A stretch of 64,000 nucleotides of DNA. It comes from Squalus acanthias (taxonomy: Eukaryota). A program made the translations under genes and the position numbers. Shown one piece after another: positions 25,046 through 54,543 of this stretch (position 1 is the first letter of the stretch; every line of letters begins with the position of its first letter). The stretch covers positions 434,001-498,000 of the forward strand of contig CM059432.1 in NCBI GenBank assembly GCA_030390025.1. The letters run 5' to 3'. The notes under the pieces are model-generated. The model searched no databases, was not told the DNA's origin, and saw only the letters and a program-made list of their open reading frames with translations.

Positions 25046-27349
25046 TGTGCCGTAGGGATCAGATCTTGTCCACTTACAATATGACCATCTGCTTCTACTC
25101 TTTCACCAGGTCCACTCTTAAATTTGCATTTGGCCAGTGATTTATTGCATACACCCTGCCTCCTCTTCTGTTTATATTACTCGCCCTTCAAACCCCCTTT
25201 CCTCCCCCCCCCCCCCCCAACCTCCATTAAAGCTAACTTGAGAAAAGGAGCCTTTAATTAAATTGGATAATGGCAACCATGTCACATTTTGTATGAATTG
25301 GTACAATTGCCTATGTGTGGGGGGGAAGGGTTTTAAAGGGAGTCACTCCCCTTTAGGGGAGGGAGTGGGCAAGTCTATAAACATCTCTCCCAAAAGGTGT
25401 CGATGCTTACAGCTGAGAATTTGCTTTGTAATGGAGTCTTGTATTTTGCAATTTGGCAGAAATAACTAATGTTCTGAATAAAGTGTTTTTTGCCAATGAT
25501 TTCTCCCTCTCTCGTCTTGTATGTTCAGGGCTCTTATGGTAAGAGAATTGCTGATTAAAATCAGGTCGGTCTGTCATTCAGAGAAGGATTTTCTGCAGGA
25601 TTTCAACCCAGAAATGTTTCAAATTCTTGGAGCCACTGGTGGTGATGGTGGCCTTAATCTCGGTTGCTGGTTAGGTATAATTTAATAAAAGTTCGGTCCT
25701 CTCTTGAAGATCACATACACTTTGCTCCTCATTGTGCCCTCTATATAGGCGTATCCAGTACAAATTTCTGCATTTCCTACAATAGTAACTACACAAGTGC
25801 TTTGGATGTCCTGAGGTCATGAAAGGTGTTCTATAAATGCAAGTCTTATTTGTTGTTAGGTCAGCCCTGGAATAAGTTTTCTCCCAAAGCAATATGTGAC
25901 AAATCAAGATATTAAGTTGCACAGATAGGGTTGAGTCTAGGACTAGGGGGCACAGTCTTAATAAAAATTAGAGCCAGGCATGAAATTGGGAAACACTTCT
26001 ACACACAGGGTGGTAGAAGTTTGGAATTCTCATCCACAAATGATGGTGATCAGCAGGAGGGTTCGTGGCCTTGTCTGATCCGAGGCAATGAGACCTGAAG
26101 GGCTCCAGAGGCCATGTTGAGGATTCCCATGGTCGCTCCACCCGCCTGTGTAACAGTGCCCCCCCCCCCCCCCCCCCAGCACCCCCACCATCCCGGTCCC
26201 CCTGCTCCCCCCACCATCCGGCTCGCCCCGCTTCCCCCAGCACCCTCACCCCACCACCCCCCCCCCCCCCCATTCGCCCGCTCCCCCCAGCACCCTCACT
26301 ACCCCCACCATCCCGCTCCCCGATCGCCCTACCACCCTCACTCCCCCCAGCACCCTGCTCCCCCCCTGCTCGCCCCAGCCCCCCACCACTCCCTGCTCCA
26401 CCAGCACCTCCAGGGCTCTCTGGTCCCGGCTACCAGGAATGTTTGCTGATAGATACGAATCTGAATACAAACGGGGCAACAACAATTTATATAGCGCCTT
26501 TAATGTAGTAAAACGTCCCAAGGCGCTGCACAGGATTGTAAATCAGAGAGAATTTGACACCGAGCCACATGAGATATTAGGACAGGTGACCAAGGGGTAG
26601 GTTTTAAGAAGCGTCTTAAAGGAGGAAGAGAGGCAGAGAGGTAGAGAGGCGGAGAGGTTTAGGGAGGGAATTCCAGAGCTTAGGGCCCAGGCAGCTGAAG
26701 GCACGGCCGCCGATGGTGGAGCGATTATAATCAGGGATACTCAAGAGGCCAGAATTGGAGGAGCGCAGAGATCTCGGGAGGGTTGTGGGGCTGGAGGAGG
26801 TTACAGAGATAGGAAGGGGCGAGGCAGTGGAGGGATTTGAACAATAGGATTAGAATTTTAAATCGAGGTGTTGCCGGACCGGGAGCCAGTGTAGGTCAGT
26901 GAGCACAGGGGGTGATGGGTGAACGGGACTTGGTGCGAGTTAGGACACGGGGCAGCAGAGCTTTGGTTGAGCTGATGTTTACATAGGGTGCAACTATGAG
27001 AAGTCTACATTTGGCCTCTCCCGAGCTGGGCACCAGTGACAGGGTCGACTGCTCTTCCAATGTCTGAGTCTTGTCCTCAAACGATACCTGGGTCGATGCT
27101 GCTGCGTCTGTCCAATCTTTCTCTTATTGTGGGTCATACTGAGTTCTTTTCCGGGCGACATTGAGTCAGCCACGTGGAGTGGACCAGAGCCACGTGTTAC
27201 TCTGACCAGGGACTGGATGGCAGGCTTCCTTCCCCATTTCCCATTGCTCTGCCTCAACTTCCAGATTGTTGAAGCTGCCCTGGAGGGATGTTGGTCATGC
27301 TGCCCCTGTGGCATAGGGACCACGCACTGTACCATGGGATGGTCCTCCC

Positions 27350-28158
27350 CATGTGTGCACGTGTGTGTGTGTGAGTGTCTGCCCATGTGTGTGAGTGAGC
27401 GTACATGTGTGTGCGCTGTATGTTTGTGCACGTGCATGTGTGCGGTATGTGAGTCATGTGTGCGTGTGTGTATGGTCCTCCCCATGTGTGCACTTGTGTC
27501 TGTGTGCATAGGCACACGTGTGTGCCTATGTGAGTGTGTGTGCGGTATGTGTGCGCGTGTGTGTGTGCTGTGTGTGCTGTGTGTGTATGGTGTATGTGTG
27601 TGTGTGTCTGCAGTGCGTGTGTGTGTTGTATGTGTGTGTGTGTACGCGTGCACGTGTGTGTGTACTGTGTGTGTGTGTGCTGTGTGTGTACGGTGTGTGT
27701 GTGTGTGTGCTGTGTGTGTACGGTGTGTGTGTGCTGTGTGTGTACGGTGTGTGTGTGTGTGCTGTGTGTGTACGGTGTGTGTGTGTGTGCTGTGTGTTAT
27801 GCTGTGTGTGTGTGTGTGTACAGTGTGTGTGTGTGTACGGTGTGTGCTGTGTGTGTTGTGTGTGTGTGCTGTGTGTACGGTGTGTGTGTGTACGGTGTGT
27901 GTGTGTGTGCTGTGTGTGTACGGTGTGTGTGTGTACGGTGTGTGTGTGTACAATGTGTGTGCTGTGTGTGTACGGTGTGTGTGTGCTGTGTGTGTGTGTG
28001 TGTGCTGTGTGTGTGTGTGCTGTGTGTGTACGGTGTGTGTGTGCTGTGTGTGTACGGTGTGTGTGTGTGTGCTGTGTGTGTACGGTGTGTGCTGTGTGTG
28101 CTGTGTGTGTACGGTGTGTGTGCTGTGTGTGTACGGTGTGTGTGCTGTGTGTGCGTGC
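27350..28158. repeat. Composite (TG)n microsatellite, unit 2 (no Tx1 insertion)
   Basis: Directly visible; same flanks as the unit 1 tract. Confidence 0.95.
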
Positions 28159-28465
28159 AGTGGGATGGGAAACACTTGTGCGTACTGATGGCTTTGTCGG
28201 ATTCCAATCCCAGACAGGGAGGTGCCCGGGGACTGAGGAATGGGACCCCAGCCTGACTCAACACCTCCAGGGAGGGGGGAAAGAGAGTGGAGGGAAATTG
28301 GGCAAACGGGAGAGCCGGGCACTTACATAGTTACATTGCACAGCAGCTTTGGAGCAAAGATTAATATTAAAAATAGATAAGAACGAGAAAAAGTTTATTG
28401 TTCAAAAAACTGAAGGTGCAAAAGGTGCCAATAAATGAATGATATTCTCAGCTCCTTCCCCTGCA

Positions 28466-28621
28466 CCTCAATTGGTTGTTCTTGGCTCCTCCCCTGTGCC
28501 TCAATTGGTTGTTCTTGGCTCCTCCCCTTGTGCCTCAATTGGTTGTTCTTGGCTCCTCCCCCTGCGCCTCAGTGGCTGGCTGCCCTCTGATGGGACAGGG
28601 AGGGGTCCAGTGCAGTATAAA
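28466..28621 (+). promoter_or_regulatory. Actin copy 2 promoter: 3 x ~34-bp repeat plus TATA
   Basis: TATAAA at 28616-28621. Confidence 0.7.
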
Positions 28622-29055
28622 GGATTAGGAAGGCAATCTGATGATGCATTTTGTTCCTCCCTTGGGTCAGGAGTGCAGATATTATTCAGTGAGTGACAGT
28701 AAGTGGACTCTGGCAATCAAGGTGTGGCAGGAGGAAGGGATTGGGGTTTGTTTTAAAGTGATTGTAATAAGTTTGGATCTAACTTTTGAACATTGTGTGT
28801 TTTGCTGGGTCTTGTTCTAAAGACTTGAGTTTGTGTTGGTTTCTGTTTAGTTGTGAGGTTTGTGTTGGGAACTTATTTTCTAAAAAGGGAACTGTCATGT
28901 TAGAGTGGGACTGGCTTTAATTTGGTGACTAGTTGATCTGAAATGTGTTGTGTGGTTTGGGGCTGTGTTCTTGTGTCTCTCTTAATGGTTTTTCTCTTTC
29001 TTTCCCCCCCCCCCCCCCCCCCTTCTCTGTTTCAGTCACTCCCTGCAGATTCTAA

Positions 29056-34196
<5,141 letters not shown>

Positions 34197-36461
34197 TGTG
34201 CCGTAGGGATCAGATCTTGTCCACTTACAATATGACCATCTGCTTCTACTCTTTCACCAGGTCCACTCTTAAATTTGCATTTGGCCAGTGATTTATTGCA
34301 TACACCCTGCCTCCTCTTCTGTTTATTTTACTCGCCCTTCAAACCCCCTTTCCCCCCCCCCCCCCCCCCACCTCCATTAAAGCTAACTTGAGAAAAGGAG
34401 CCTTTAATTAAATTGGATAATGGCAACCATGTCACATTTTGTATGAATTGGTACAATTGCCTGTGTGTGGGGGGGGGAAGGGTTTTAAAGGGAGTCACTG
34501 ACCTTTAGGGGAGGGAGTGGGCAAGTCTATAAACATCTCTCCCAAAAGGTGTCGATGCTTACAGCTGAGAATTTGCTTTGTAATGGAGTCTTGTATTTTG
34601 CAATTTGGCAGAAATAACTAATGTTCTGAATAAAGTGTTTTTTGCCAATGATTTCTCCCTCTCTTGTCTTGTATGTTCAGGGCTCTTATGGTAAGAGAAT
34701 TGCTGATTAAAATCAGGTCGGTCTGTCATTCAGAGAAGGATTTTCTGCAGGATTTCAACCCAGAAATGTTTCAAATTCTTGGAGCCACTGGTGGTGATGG
34801 TGGCCTTAATCTCGGTTGCTGGTTAGGTATAATTTAATAAAAGTTGGGTCCTCTCTTGAAGATCACATACACTTTGCTCCTCATTGTGCCCTCTATATAG
34901 GCGTACCCAGTACAAATTTCTGCATTTCCTACAATAGTAACTACACAAGTGCTTTGGATGTCCTGAGGTCATGAAAGGTGTTCTATAAATGCAAGTCTTA
35001 TTTGTTGTTAGGTCAGCCCTGGAATAAGTTTTCTCCCAAAGCAATATGTGACAAATCAAGATATTAAGTTGCAGAGATAGGGTTGAGTCTAGGACTAGGG
35101 GGCACAGTCTTAATAAAAATTAGAGCCAGGCATGAAATTGGGAAACACTTCTACACACAAAGGGTGGTAGAAGTTTGGAATTCTCATCCACAAATGATGG
35201 TGATCAGCAGGAGGGTTCGTGGCCTTGTCTGATCCGAGGCAATGAGACCTGAAGGGCTCCAGAGGCAATGTTGAGGATTCCCATGGTCGCTCCACCCGAC
35301 TGTGTAACAGTGCCCCACTCCCCCCAGTACCCCCCATCCCGGTCCCCCCGCTCCCCCCACCATCCGGCTCGCGCCGCTTCCCCCAGCACCCTCACCCCAC
35401 CCCCCCCCCCCCCCCCCCATTCGCCCGCTCCCCCCAGCACCCTCACTACCCCCACCATCCCGATCGCCCTACCACCCTCACTCCCCCAGCACCCTGCTCG
35501 CCCCAGCCCCCACCACTCCCTGCTCCACCAGCACCTCCAGGGCTCTCTGGTCCCGGCTACCAGGAATGTTTGCTGATAGATACGACTCTGAATACAAACG
35601 CGGCAACAACAATTTATATAGCGCCTTTAATGTAGTAAAACGTCCCAAGGCGCTGCACAGGATTGTAAATCAGAGAGAATTTGACACCGAGCCACATGAG
35701 ATATTAGGACAGGTGACCAAGGGGTAGGTTTTAAGAAGCGTCTTAAAGGAGGAAAGAGAGGCGGAGAGGTTTAGGGAGGGAATTCCAGAGCTTAGGGCCC
35801 AGGCAGCTGAAGGCACGGCCACCAGTGGTGGAACGATTATAATCAGGGATACTCAAGAGGCCAGAATTGGAGGAGCGCAGAGATCTCGGGGGGGTTGTGG
35901 GGCTGGAGGAGGTTACAGAGATAGGAAGGGGCGAGGCCATGGAGGGAATTGAACACTAGGATTAGAATTTTAAATCGAGGTGTTGCCGGACCGGGAGCCA
36001 GTGTAGGTCAGTGAGCACAGGGGGTGATGGGTGAACGGGACTTGGTGCGAGTTAGGACACGGGGCAGCAGAGTTTTGGTTGAGCTGATGTTTACATAGGG
36101 TGCAACTATGAGAAGTCTACATTTGGCCTCTCCCGAGCTGGGCACCAGTGGCAGGGTCGACTGCTCTTCCAATGTCTGAGTCTTGTCCTCAAACGATACC
36201 TGGGTCGATGCTGCTGCGTCTGTCCAATCTTTCTCTTATTGTGGGTCATACTGAGTTCTTTTCCCGGCGACATTGAGTCAGCCACGTGGAGTGGACCAGA
36301 GCCACGTGTTACTCTGACCAGGGACTGGGTGGCAGGCTTCCTTCCCCATTTCCCATTGCTCTGCCTCAACTTCCAGATTGTTGAAACTGCCCTGGAGGGA
36401 TGTTGGTCATGCTGCCCCTGTGGCATAGGGACCACGCACTGTACCATGGGATGGTCCTCCC

Positions 36462-36962
36462 CATGTGTGCACGTGTGTGTGTGTGAGTGTCTGCCCATGT
36501 GTGTGAGTGAGCGTACATGTGTGTGCGCTGTATGTTTGTGCACGTGCATGTGTGCGGTATGTGAGTCATGTGTGCGTGTGTGTATGGTCCTCCCCATGTG
36601 TGCACTTGTGTCTGTGTGCATAGGCACACGTGTGTGCCTATGTGAGTGTGTGTGCGGTATGTGTGCGCGTGTGTGTGTGCTGTGTGTGCTGTGTGTGTAT
36701 GGTGTATGTGTGTGTGTGTCTGCAGTGCGTGTGTGTGTTGTATGTGTGTGTGTGTGTGTGTACGCGTGCACGTGTGTGTGTACTGTGTGTGTGTGTGCTG
36801 TGTGTGTACGGTGTGTGTGTGTGTACTGTGTGTGTACGGTGTGTGTGTGTGTGTGCTGTGTATTATGCTGTGTGTGTGCTGTGTGTACGGTGTATGTGTG
36901 TGTGTGTGCTGTGTGTGTACGGTGTGGGCTGTGTGTACGGTGTGTGTGCTGTGTGTGCGTGC
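36462..36962. repeat. Composite (TG)n microsatellite, unit 3
   Basis: Directly visible. Confidence 0.95.
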
Positions 36963-37268
36963 AGTGGGATGGGAAACACTTGTGCGTACTGATGGCTTTG
37001 TCGGATTCCAATCCCAGACAGGGAGGTGCCCGGGGACTGAGGAATGGGACCCCAGCCTGACTCAACACCTCCAGGGAGGGGGAAAGAGAGTGGAGGGAAA
37101 TTGGGCAAACGGGAGAGCCGGCCACTTACATAGTTACATTGCACAGCAGCTTTGGAGCAAAGATTAATATTAAAAATAGATAAGAACGAGAAAAAGTTTA
37201 TTGTTCAAAAAACTGAAGGTGCAAAAGGTGCCAATAAATGAATGATATTCTCAGCTCCTTCCCCTGCA

Positions 37269-37425
37269 CCTCAATTGGTTGTTCTTGGCTCCTCCCCCTG
37301 TGCCTCAATTGGTTGTTCTTGGCTCCTCCCCTTGTGCCTCAATTGGTTGTTCTTGGCTCCTCCCCCTGCGCCTCAGTGGCTGGCTGCCCTCTGATGGGAC
37401 AGGGAGGGGTCCAGTGCAGTATAAA
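37269..37425 (+). promoter_or_regulatory. Actin copy 3 promoter: 3 x 34-bp repeat plus TATA
   Basis: TATAAA at 37420-37425. Confidence 0.7.
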
Positions 37426-37855
37426 GGAAGTAGGAAGGCAATCTGATGATGCATTTTGTTCCTCCCTTGGGTCAGGAGTGCAGATATTATTCAGTGAGTG
37501 ACAGTAAGTGGACTCTGGCAATCAAGGTGTGGCAGGAGGAAGGGATTGGGGTTTGTTTTAAAGTGATTGTAATAAGTTTGGATCTAACTTTTGAACATTG
37601 TGTGTTTTGCTGGGTCTTGTTCTAAAGACTTGAGTTTGTGTTGGTTTCTGTTTAGTTGTGAGGTTTGTGTTGGGAACTTATTTTCTAAAAAGGGAACCGT
37701 CATGTTAGAGTGGGGCTGGCTTTAATTTGGTGACTAGTTGATCTGAAATGTGTTGTGTGGTTTGGGGCTGTGTTCTTGTGTCTCTGTTAATGGTTTTTCT
37801 CTTTCCCCTCTTCCCCCACCCCTTCTCTGTTTCAGTCACTCCCTGCAGATTCTAA

Positions 37856-43072
<5,217 letters not shown>

Positions 43073-45327
43073 TGTGCCGTAGGGATCAGATCTTGTCCAC
43101 TTACAATATGACCATCCGCTTCTACTCTTTCACCAGGTCCACTCTTAAATTTGCATTTGGCCAGTGATTTATTGCATACACCCTGCCTCCTCTTCTGTTT
43201 ATTTTACTCTCCCTTTCTTCAAACCCCTTTTCCCCCCCACCTCCATTAAAGCTAACTTGAGAAAAGGAGCCTTTAATTAAATTGGATAATGGCAACCATG
43301 TCACATTTTGTATGAATTGGTACAATTGCCTATGTGTGGGGGGTGTGGGGGGGGGGGGGGGAAGGGAAGGTTTTAAAGGGAGTCACTGACCTTTAGGGGA
43401 GGGAGTGGGCAAGTCTATAAACATCTCTCCCAAAAGGTGTCGATGCTTACAGCTGAGAATTTGCTTTGTAATGGAGTCTTGTATTTTGCAATTTGGCAGA
43501 AATAACTAATGTTCTGAATAAAGTGTTTTTTGCCAATGATTTCTCCCTCTCTTGTCTTGTATGTTCAGGGCTCTTATGGTAAGAGAATTGCTGATTAAAA
43601 TCAGGTCGGGCTGTCATTCAGAGAAGGATTTTCTGCAGGATTTCAACCCAGAAATGTTTCAAATTCTTGGAGCCACTGGTGGTGATGGTGGCCTTAATCT
43701 CGGTTGCTGGTTAGGTATAATTTAATAAAAGTTGGGTCCTCTCTTGAAGATCACATACACTTTGCTCCTCATTGTGCCCTCTATATAGGCGTACCCAGTA
43801 CAAATTTCTGCATTTCCTACAATAGTAACTACACAAGTGCTTTGGATGTCCTGAGGTCATGAAAGGTGTTCTATAAATGCAAGTCTTATTTCTTGTTAGG
43901 TCAGCCCTGGAATAAATTGTGACAAATCAAGATATTAAGTTGCACAGATAGGGTTGAGTCTAGGACTAGGGGGCACAGTCTTAATAAAAATTAGAGCCAG
44001 GCATGAAATTGGGAAACACTTCTACACACAAAGGGTGGTAGACGTTTGGAATTCTCAGCCACAAATGATGGTGATCAGCAGGAGGGTTCGTGGCCTTGTC
44101 TGATCCGAGGCAATGAGACCTGAAGGGCTCCAGAGGCAATGTTGAGGATTCCCATGGTCGATCCACCCGACTGTGTAACAATGCCCCCCACCCAGTACCC
44201 CCTCCATCCCGGTCCCCCCGCTCCCCCCACCATCTGGCTTCCCCCCGCACCCCCACCCGCTCCCCCAGCACCCTCACTACCCCCACCAGCCCACTCGCCC
44301 GCTCCCCTCACTACCCCCACCATCCCGGTCCCCCCCACCACCCCCTGCTCCACCACTGCTCGCCCCAGACCCCCACCACCCCCTGCTCCACCAGCACCTC
44401 CAGGGCTCTCTGGTCCCGGCTACCAGGAATGTTTGCTGATAGATACGACTCTGAATACAAACGCGGCAACAACAATTTATATAGCGCCTTTAATGTAGTA
44501 AAACGTCCCAAGGCGCTGCACAGGATTGTAAATCAGAGAGAATTTGACACCGAGCCACATAATGAGATATTGGGACAGGTGACCAAGGGGTAGGTTTTAA
44601 GAAGCGTCTTAAAGGAGGAGAGAGAGGCGGAGAGGTTTAGGGAGGGAATTCCAGAGCTTAGGGCCCAGGCAGCTGAAGGCACGGCCGCCAATGGTGGAGC
44701 GATTATAATCAGGGATGCTCAAGAGGGCAGAATTAGAGGAGCGCAGATATCTCGGGGGGTTGTGGGGCTGGAGGAGGTTACAGAGATAGGAAGGGGCGAG
44801 GCCATGGAGGGATTTGAACACTAGGATTAGAATTTTAAATCGAGGTGTTGCCGGACCGGGAGCCAGTGTAGGTCAGTGAGCACAGGGGGTGATGGGTGAA
44901 CGGGACTTGGTGCGAGTTAGGACACGGGGCAGCAGAGTTTTGGTTGAGCTGATGTTTACATAGGGTGCAACTATGAGAAGTCTACATTTGGCCTCTCCCG
45001 AGCTGGGCACCAGTGGCAGGGTCGACTGCTCTTCCAATGTCTGAGTCTTGTTCTCAAACGATACCTGGGTCGATGCTGCTGAGTCTGTGCAATCTTTCTC
45101 TTATTGTGGGTCATACTGAGTTCTTTTCCCGGCGACATTGAGTCAGCCACGTGGAGTGGACCAGAGCCACGTGTTACTCTGACCAGGGACTGGGTGGCAG
45201 GCTTCCTTCCCCATTTCCCATTGCTCTGCCTCAACTTCCAGATTGTTGAAGCTGCCCTGATGGGATGTTGGTCACGCTGCCCCTGTGGCATAGCGACCAC
45301 GCACTGTACCATGGGATGGTCCTCCCC

Positions 45328-46568
45328 ATGTGTGCACGTGTGTGTGTGTGAGTGAGCGTACATGTGTGTGCGCTGTATGTTTGTGCACGTGCATGTGTGC
45401 GGTATGTGAGCCATGTGTGCGTGTGTGTATGGTCCTCCCCATGTGTGCACTTGTCTGTGTGCATAGGCACACGTGTGTGCATAGGCACACGTGTGTGCCT
45501 ATGTCAGTGTGCGTGCACGTGTGTGTGCGGTATGTGTGCGCGTGCATGTGTGTGTGTGTACGCGTGCACGTGTGTGTGTACGGTGTATGTGTGTGTGTGT
45601 CTGCAGTGCGTGGGTGTGCTGTATGTGTGTGTGTGTGCTGTGTGTGTACTGTGTGTGTGTACGCGTGCACGTGTGTGTGTACGGTGTGTGTGTGTGCTGT
45701 GTGTGTGTGTACGATGTGTGTGTGTACGGTGTGTGTGTGTGTACGATGTGTGTGTGTGTGTGTGTACGATGTGTGTGTGTGTACGGTGTGTGCTGTGTGT
45801 GTGTGTGTGTGCTGTGTGTGTGTACGATGTGTGCTGTGTGTGTGTGTGTGTGCTGTGTGTGTGTACGATGTGTGTGTGTACGGTGTGTGCTGTGTGTGCT
45901 GTGTGTGTGTACGATGTGTGTGTGTGCTGTGTGTGTGTACGATGTGTGTGTGTGTACGGTGTGTGTGTGTGTGTGCTGTGTGTACGATGTGTGTGTGTGC
46001 TGTGTGTGTGTGTGTACGATGTGTGTGTGTGTGCTGTGTGTGTGTGTGTGCTGTGTGTGTGTGTACTGTGTGTGTGCTGTGTGTGTACGGTGTGTGTGTA
46101 CTGTGTGTGTACGGTGTGTGCTGTGTGTGTACGGTGTGTGTGTGTGTACGGTGTGTGTGTACTGTGTGTGTACGGTGTGTGTGTGTGTACGGTGTGTGTG
46201 TGTGTACGGTGTGTGTGTGTGTACGGTGTGTGTACGGTGTGTGTGCTGTGTGTGCTGTGTGTGTACGGTGTGTGTGTGCACGGTGTGTGTGCTGTGTGTA
46301 CGGTGTGTTTGTGTACGGTGTGTTTGTGTACGGTGTGTGTGTGTACGGTGTGTGCTGTGTGTGTGCTGTGTGTGTACGGTGTGTGCTGTGTGTGTGTTTG
46401 TGGACGGTGTGTTTGTGGACGGTGTGTGCTGTGTGTGTGCTGTGTGTGCTGTGTGTGTACGGTGTGTGTGTGTGCTGTGTGTGTGTGTGTGTGTGCTGTG
46501 TGTGTGTGTGTGTGTGTGCTGTGTGTGTACGGTGTGTGTGTGTGCTGTGTTTGTGCTGTGTGTGCGTG
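45328..46568. repeat. Composite (TG)n microsatellite, unit 4 (longest uninterrupted tract)
   Basis: Directly visible; contains unit-specific TACGATG variants. Confidence 0.95.
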
Positions 46569-46875
46569 CAGTGGGATGGGAAACACTTGTGCGTACTGAT
46601 GGCTTTGTCGGATTCCAATCCCAGACAGGGAGGTGCCCGGGGACTGAGGAATGGGACCCCAGCCTGACTCAACACCTCCAGGGAGGGGGAAAGAGAGTGG
46701 AGGGAAATTGGGCAAACGGGAGAGCCAGGCACTTACATAGTTACATTGCACAGCAGCTTTGGAGCAAAGATTAATATTAAAAATAGATAAGAACGAGAAA
46801 AAGTTTATTGTTCAAAAAACTGAAGGTGCAAAAGGTGCCAATAAATGAATGATATTCTCAGCTCCTTCCCCTGCA

Positions 46876-47032
46876 CCTCAATTGGTTGTTCTTGGCTCCT
46901 CCCCCTGTGCCTCAATTGGTTGTTCTTGGCTCCTCCCCCTGTGCCTCAATTGGTTGTTCTTGGCTCCTCCCCCTGCGCCTCAGTGGCTGGCTGCCCTCTG
47001 ATGGGACAGGGAGGGGTCCAGTGCAGTATAAA
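46876..47032 (+). promoter_or_regulatory. Actin copy 4 promoter: 3 x 34-bp repeat plus TATA
   Basis: TATAAA at 47027-47032. Confidence 0.7.
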
Positions 47033-47476
47033 GGAAGTAGGAAGGCAATCTGATGATGCATTTTGTTCCTCCCTTGGGTCAGGAGTGCAGATATTATTCA
47101 GTGAGTGACAGTAAGTGGACTCTGGCAATCAAGGTGTGGCAGGAGGAAGGGATTGGGGTTTGTTTTAAAGTGATTGTAATAAGTTTGGATCTAACTTTTG
47201 AACATTGTGTGTTTTGCTGGGTCTTGTTCTAAAGACTTGAGTTTGTGTTGGTTTCTGTTTAGTTGTGAGGTTTGTGTTGGGAACTTATTTTCTAAAAAGG
47301 GAACTGTCATGTTAGAGTGGGGCTGGCTTTAATTTGGTGACTAGTTGATCTGAAATGTGTTGTGTGGTTTGGGGCTGTGTTCTTGTGTCTCTGTTAATGG
47401 TTTTTCTCTTTCTCTCTCTCTCTCCCTCCCCCCCCCCCCCCCCTTCTCTGTTTCAGTCACTCCCTGCAGATTCTAA

Positions 47477-52648
<5,172 letters not shown>

Positions 52649-53849
52649 TGTGCCGTAGTGATCAGATCTTGTCCACTTACAATATGACCATCTGCTTCTA
52701 CTCTTTTTCACCAGGTCCACTCTTAAATTTGCATTTGGCCAGTGATTTATTGCATACACCCTGCCTCCCTCCTCTTCTGTTTATTTTACTCTCCCTTTCT
52801 TCAAACCCCTTTTTCCCCCCCCACCTCCATTAAAGCTAACTTGAGAAAAGGAGCCTTTAATTAAATTGGATAATGGCAACCATGTCACATTTTGTATGAA
52901 TTGGTACAATTGCCTGTGTGTGGGGGGAAGGGTTTTAAAGGGAGTCACTGACCTTTAGGGGAGGGAGTGGGCAAGTCTATAAACATCTCTCCCAAAAGGT
53001 GTCGATGCTTACAGCTGAGAATTTGCTTTGTAATGGAGTCTTGTATTTTGCAATTTGGCAGAAATAACTAATGTTCTGAATAAAGTGTTTTTTGCCAATG
53101 ATTTCTCCCTCTCTTGTCTTGTATGTTCAGGGCTCTTATGGTAAGAGAATTGCTGATTAAAATCAGGTCGGTCTGTCATTCAGAGAAGGATTTTCTGCAG
53201 GATTTCAACCCAGAAATGTTTCAAATTCTTGGAGCCACTGGTGGTGATGGTGGCCTTAATCTCGGTTGCTGGTTAGGTATAATTTAATAAAAGTTCGGTC
53301 CTCTCTTGAAGATCACAGACACTTTGCTCCTCATTGTGCCCTCTATATAGGCGTACCCAGTACAAATTTCTGCATTTCCTACAATAGTAACTACACAAGT
53401 GCTTTGGATGTCCTGAGGTCATGAAAGGTGTTCTATAAATGCAAGTCTTATTTCTTGTTAGGTCAGCCCTGGAATAAGTTTTCTCCCAAAGCAATATGTG
53501 ACAAATCAAGATATTAAGTTGCACAGATAGGGTTGAGTCTAGGACTAGGGGGCACAGTCTTAATAAAAATTAGAGCCAGGCATGAAATTGGGAAACACTT
53601 CTACACACAAGGGTGGTAGACGTTTGGAATTCTCAGCCACAAATGGCAATTAATGCTAGAACAATTGGCAATTTTAAATCTGATTGATCAAACATATGAA
53701 AGGTACAACACACTGTCAGTCTTGCTGTCCCAAACCACTATGAAGAATAAAACCTGACAAAACACTAGGCATCAGATTCGGACACCAAGCCCAGGTAACC
53801 CTGCAAAGTCCTCCTCACTAACTGCTGAGGGCTTGTGCCAACATTCCAA

Positions 53850-54543
53850 TTTTTTTTACTAATTCATGGGATCTGGGCAGCGCTGGCAAGGCCAGCATTT
53901 ATTACCCAGCCCTAGTTGCCCTTGAGAAGGTGGTGGTGAGCCGCCTTGAACCGCTGCAGTCCGTGTGGTGAAGGTGCTCCCACTGTGCTGTTAGGGAGGG
54001 AGTTCCAGGATTTTGACCCAGCGACGATGAAGGATCAGTGATATACTTCCAAGTCAGGATGATGCGTGACTTGGAGGGGAACTTGGAGGTGCTGGTGTTC
54101 CCATGCGCCTGCTGCCCTTGTCCTTCTAGGTGGTAGAGGTCGCGGGTTTGGGAGGTGCTGCCAAAGAAGCCTTGGCGAGTTGCTGCAGTGCATCTTGTAG
54201 ATGGTACACACTGCAGCCACAGTATGCCAGTGGTGGAGGGAGTGAAGATTTAAGGTGGTGGATGGGGTGCCAATCAAGCGGACTGCTTTGTCCTGGATGA
54301 TGTCGAGCTTCGAGTGTTGTTGGAGCTGCACTCATCCAGGCAAGTGGAGAGTATTCCATCACACTCCTGACTTGTAAATAGTGGAAAGGCTTTGGGGAGT
54401 CAGGAGGTGAGACACTCGCCGCAGAATACCCAGCCTCTGACCTGCTCTTGTTGCCACAGTATTTATGTGGCGGTCCAATTAAGTTTCTGTTCAATGGTGA
54501 CTCCCAGGATGTTAATGGTGGAGGATTCGGCGATGGTAATGCC
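53850..54543 (-). mobile_element. CR1-group LINE 3' fragment
   Basis: Minus translation QVRSVMEYSPLAW...LDIIQDKAVRLIG...LHSLHHWHTVAA, an ORF2 C-terminal region, with frameshifts. Confidence 0.7.

Noticed and set aside
25046..25160. Beta-actin zipcode localisation element in the 3' UTR
   Set aside because: ACACCC occurs near 25151, but the partner CGGAC motif just after the stop codon is absent.
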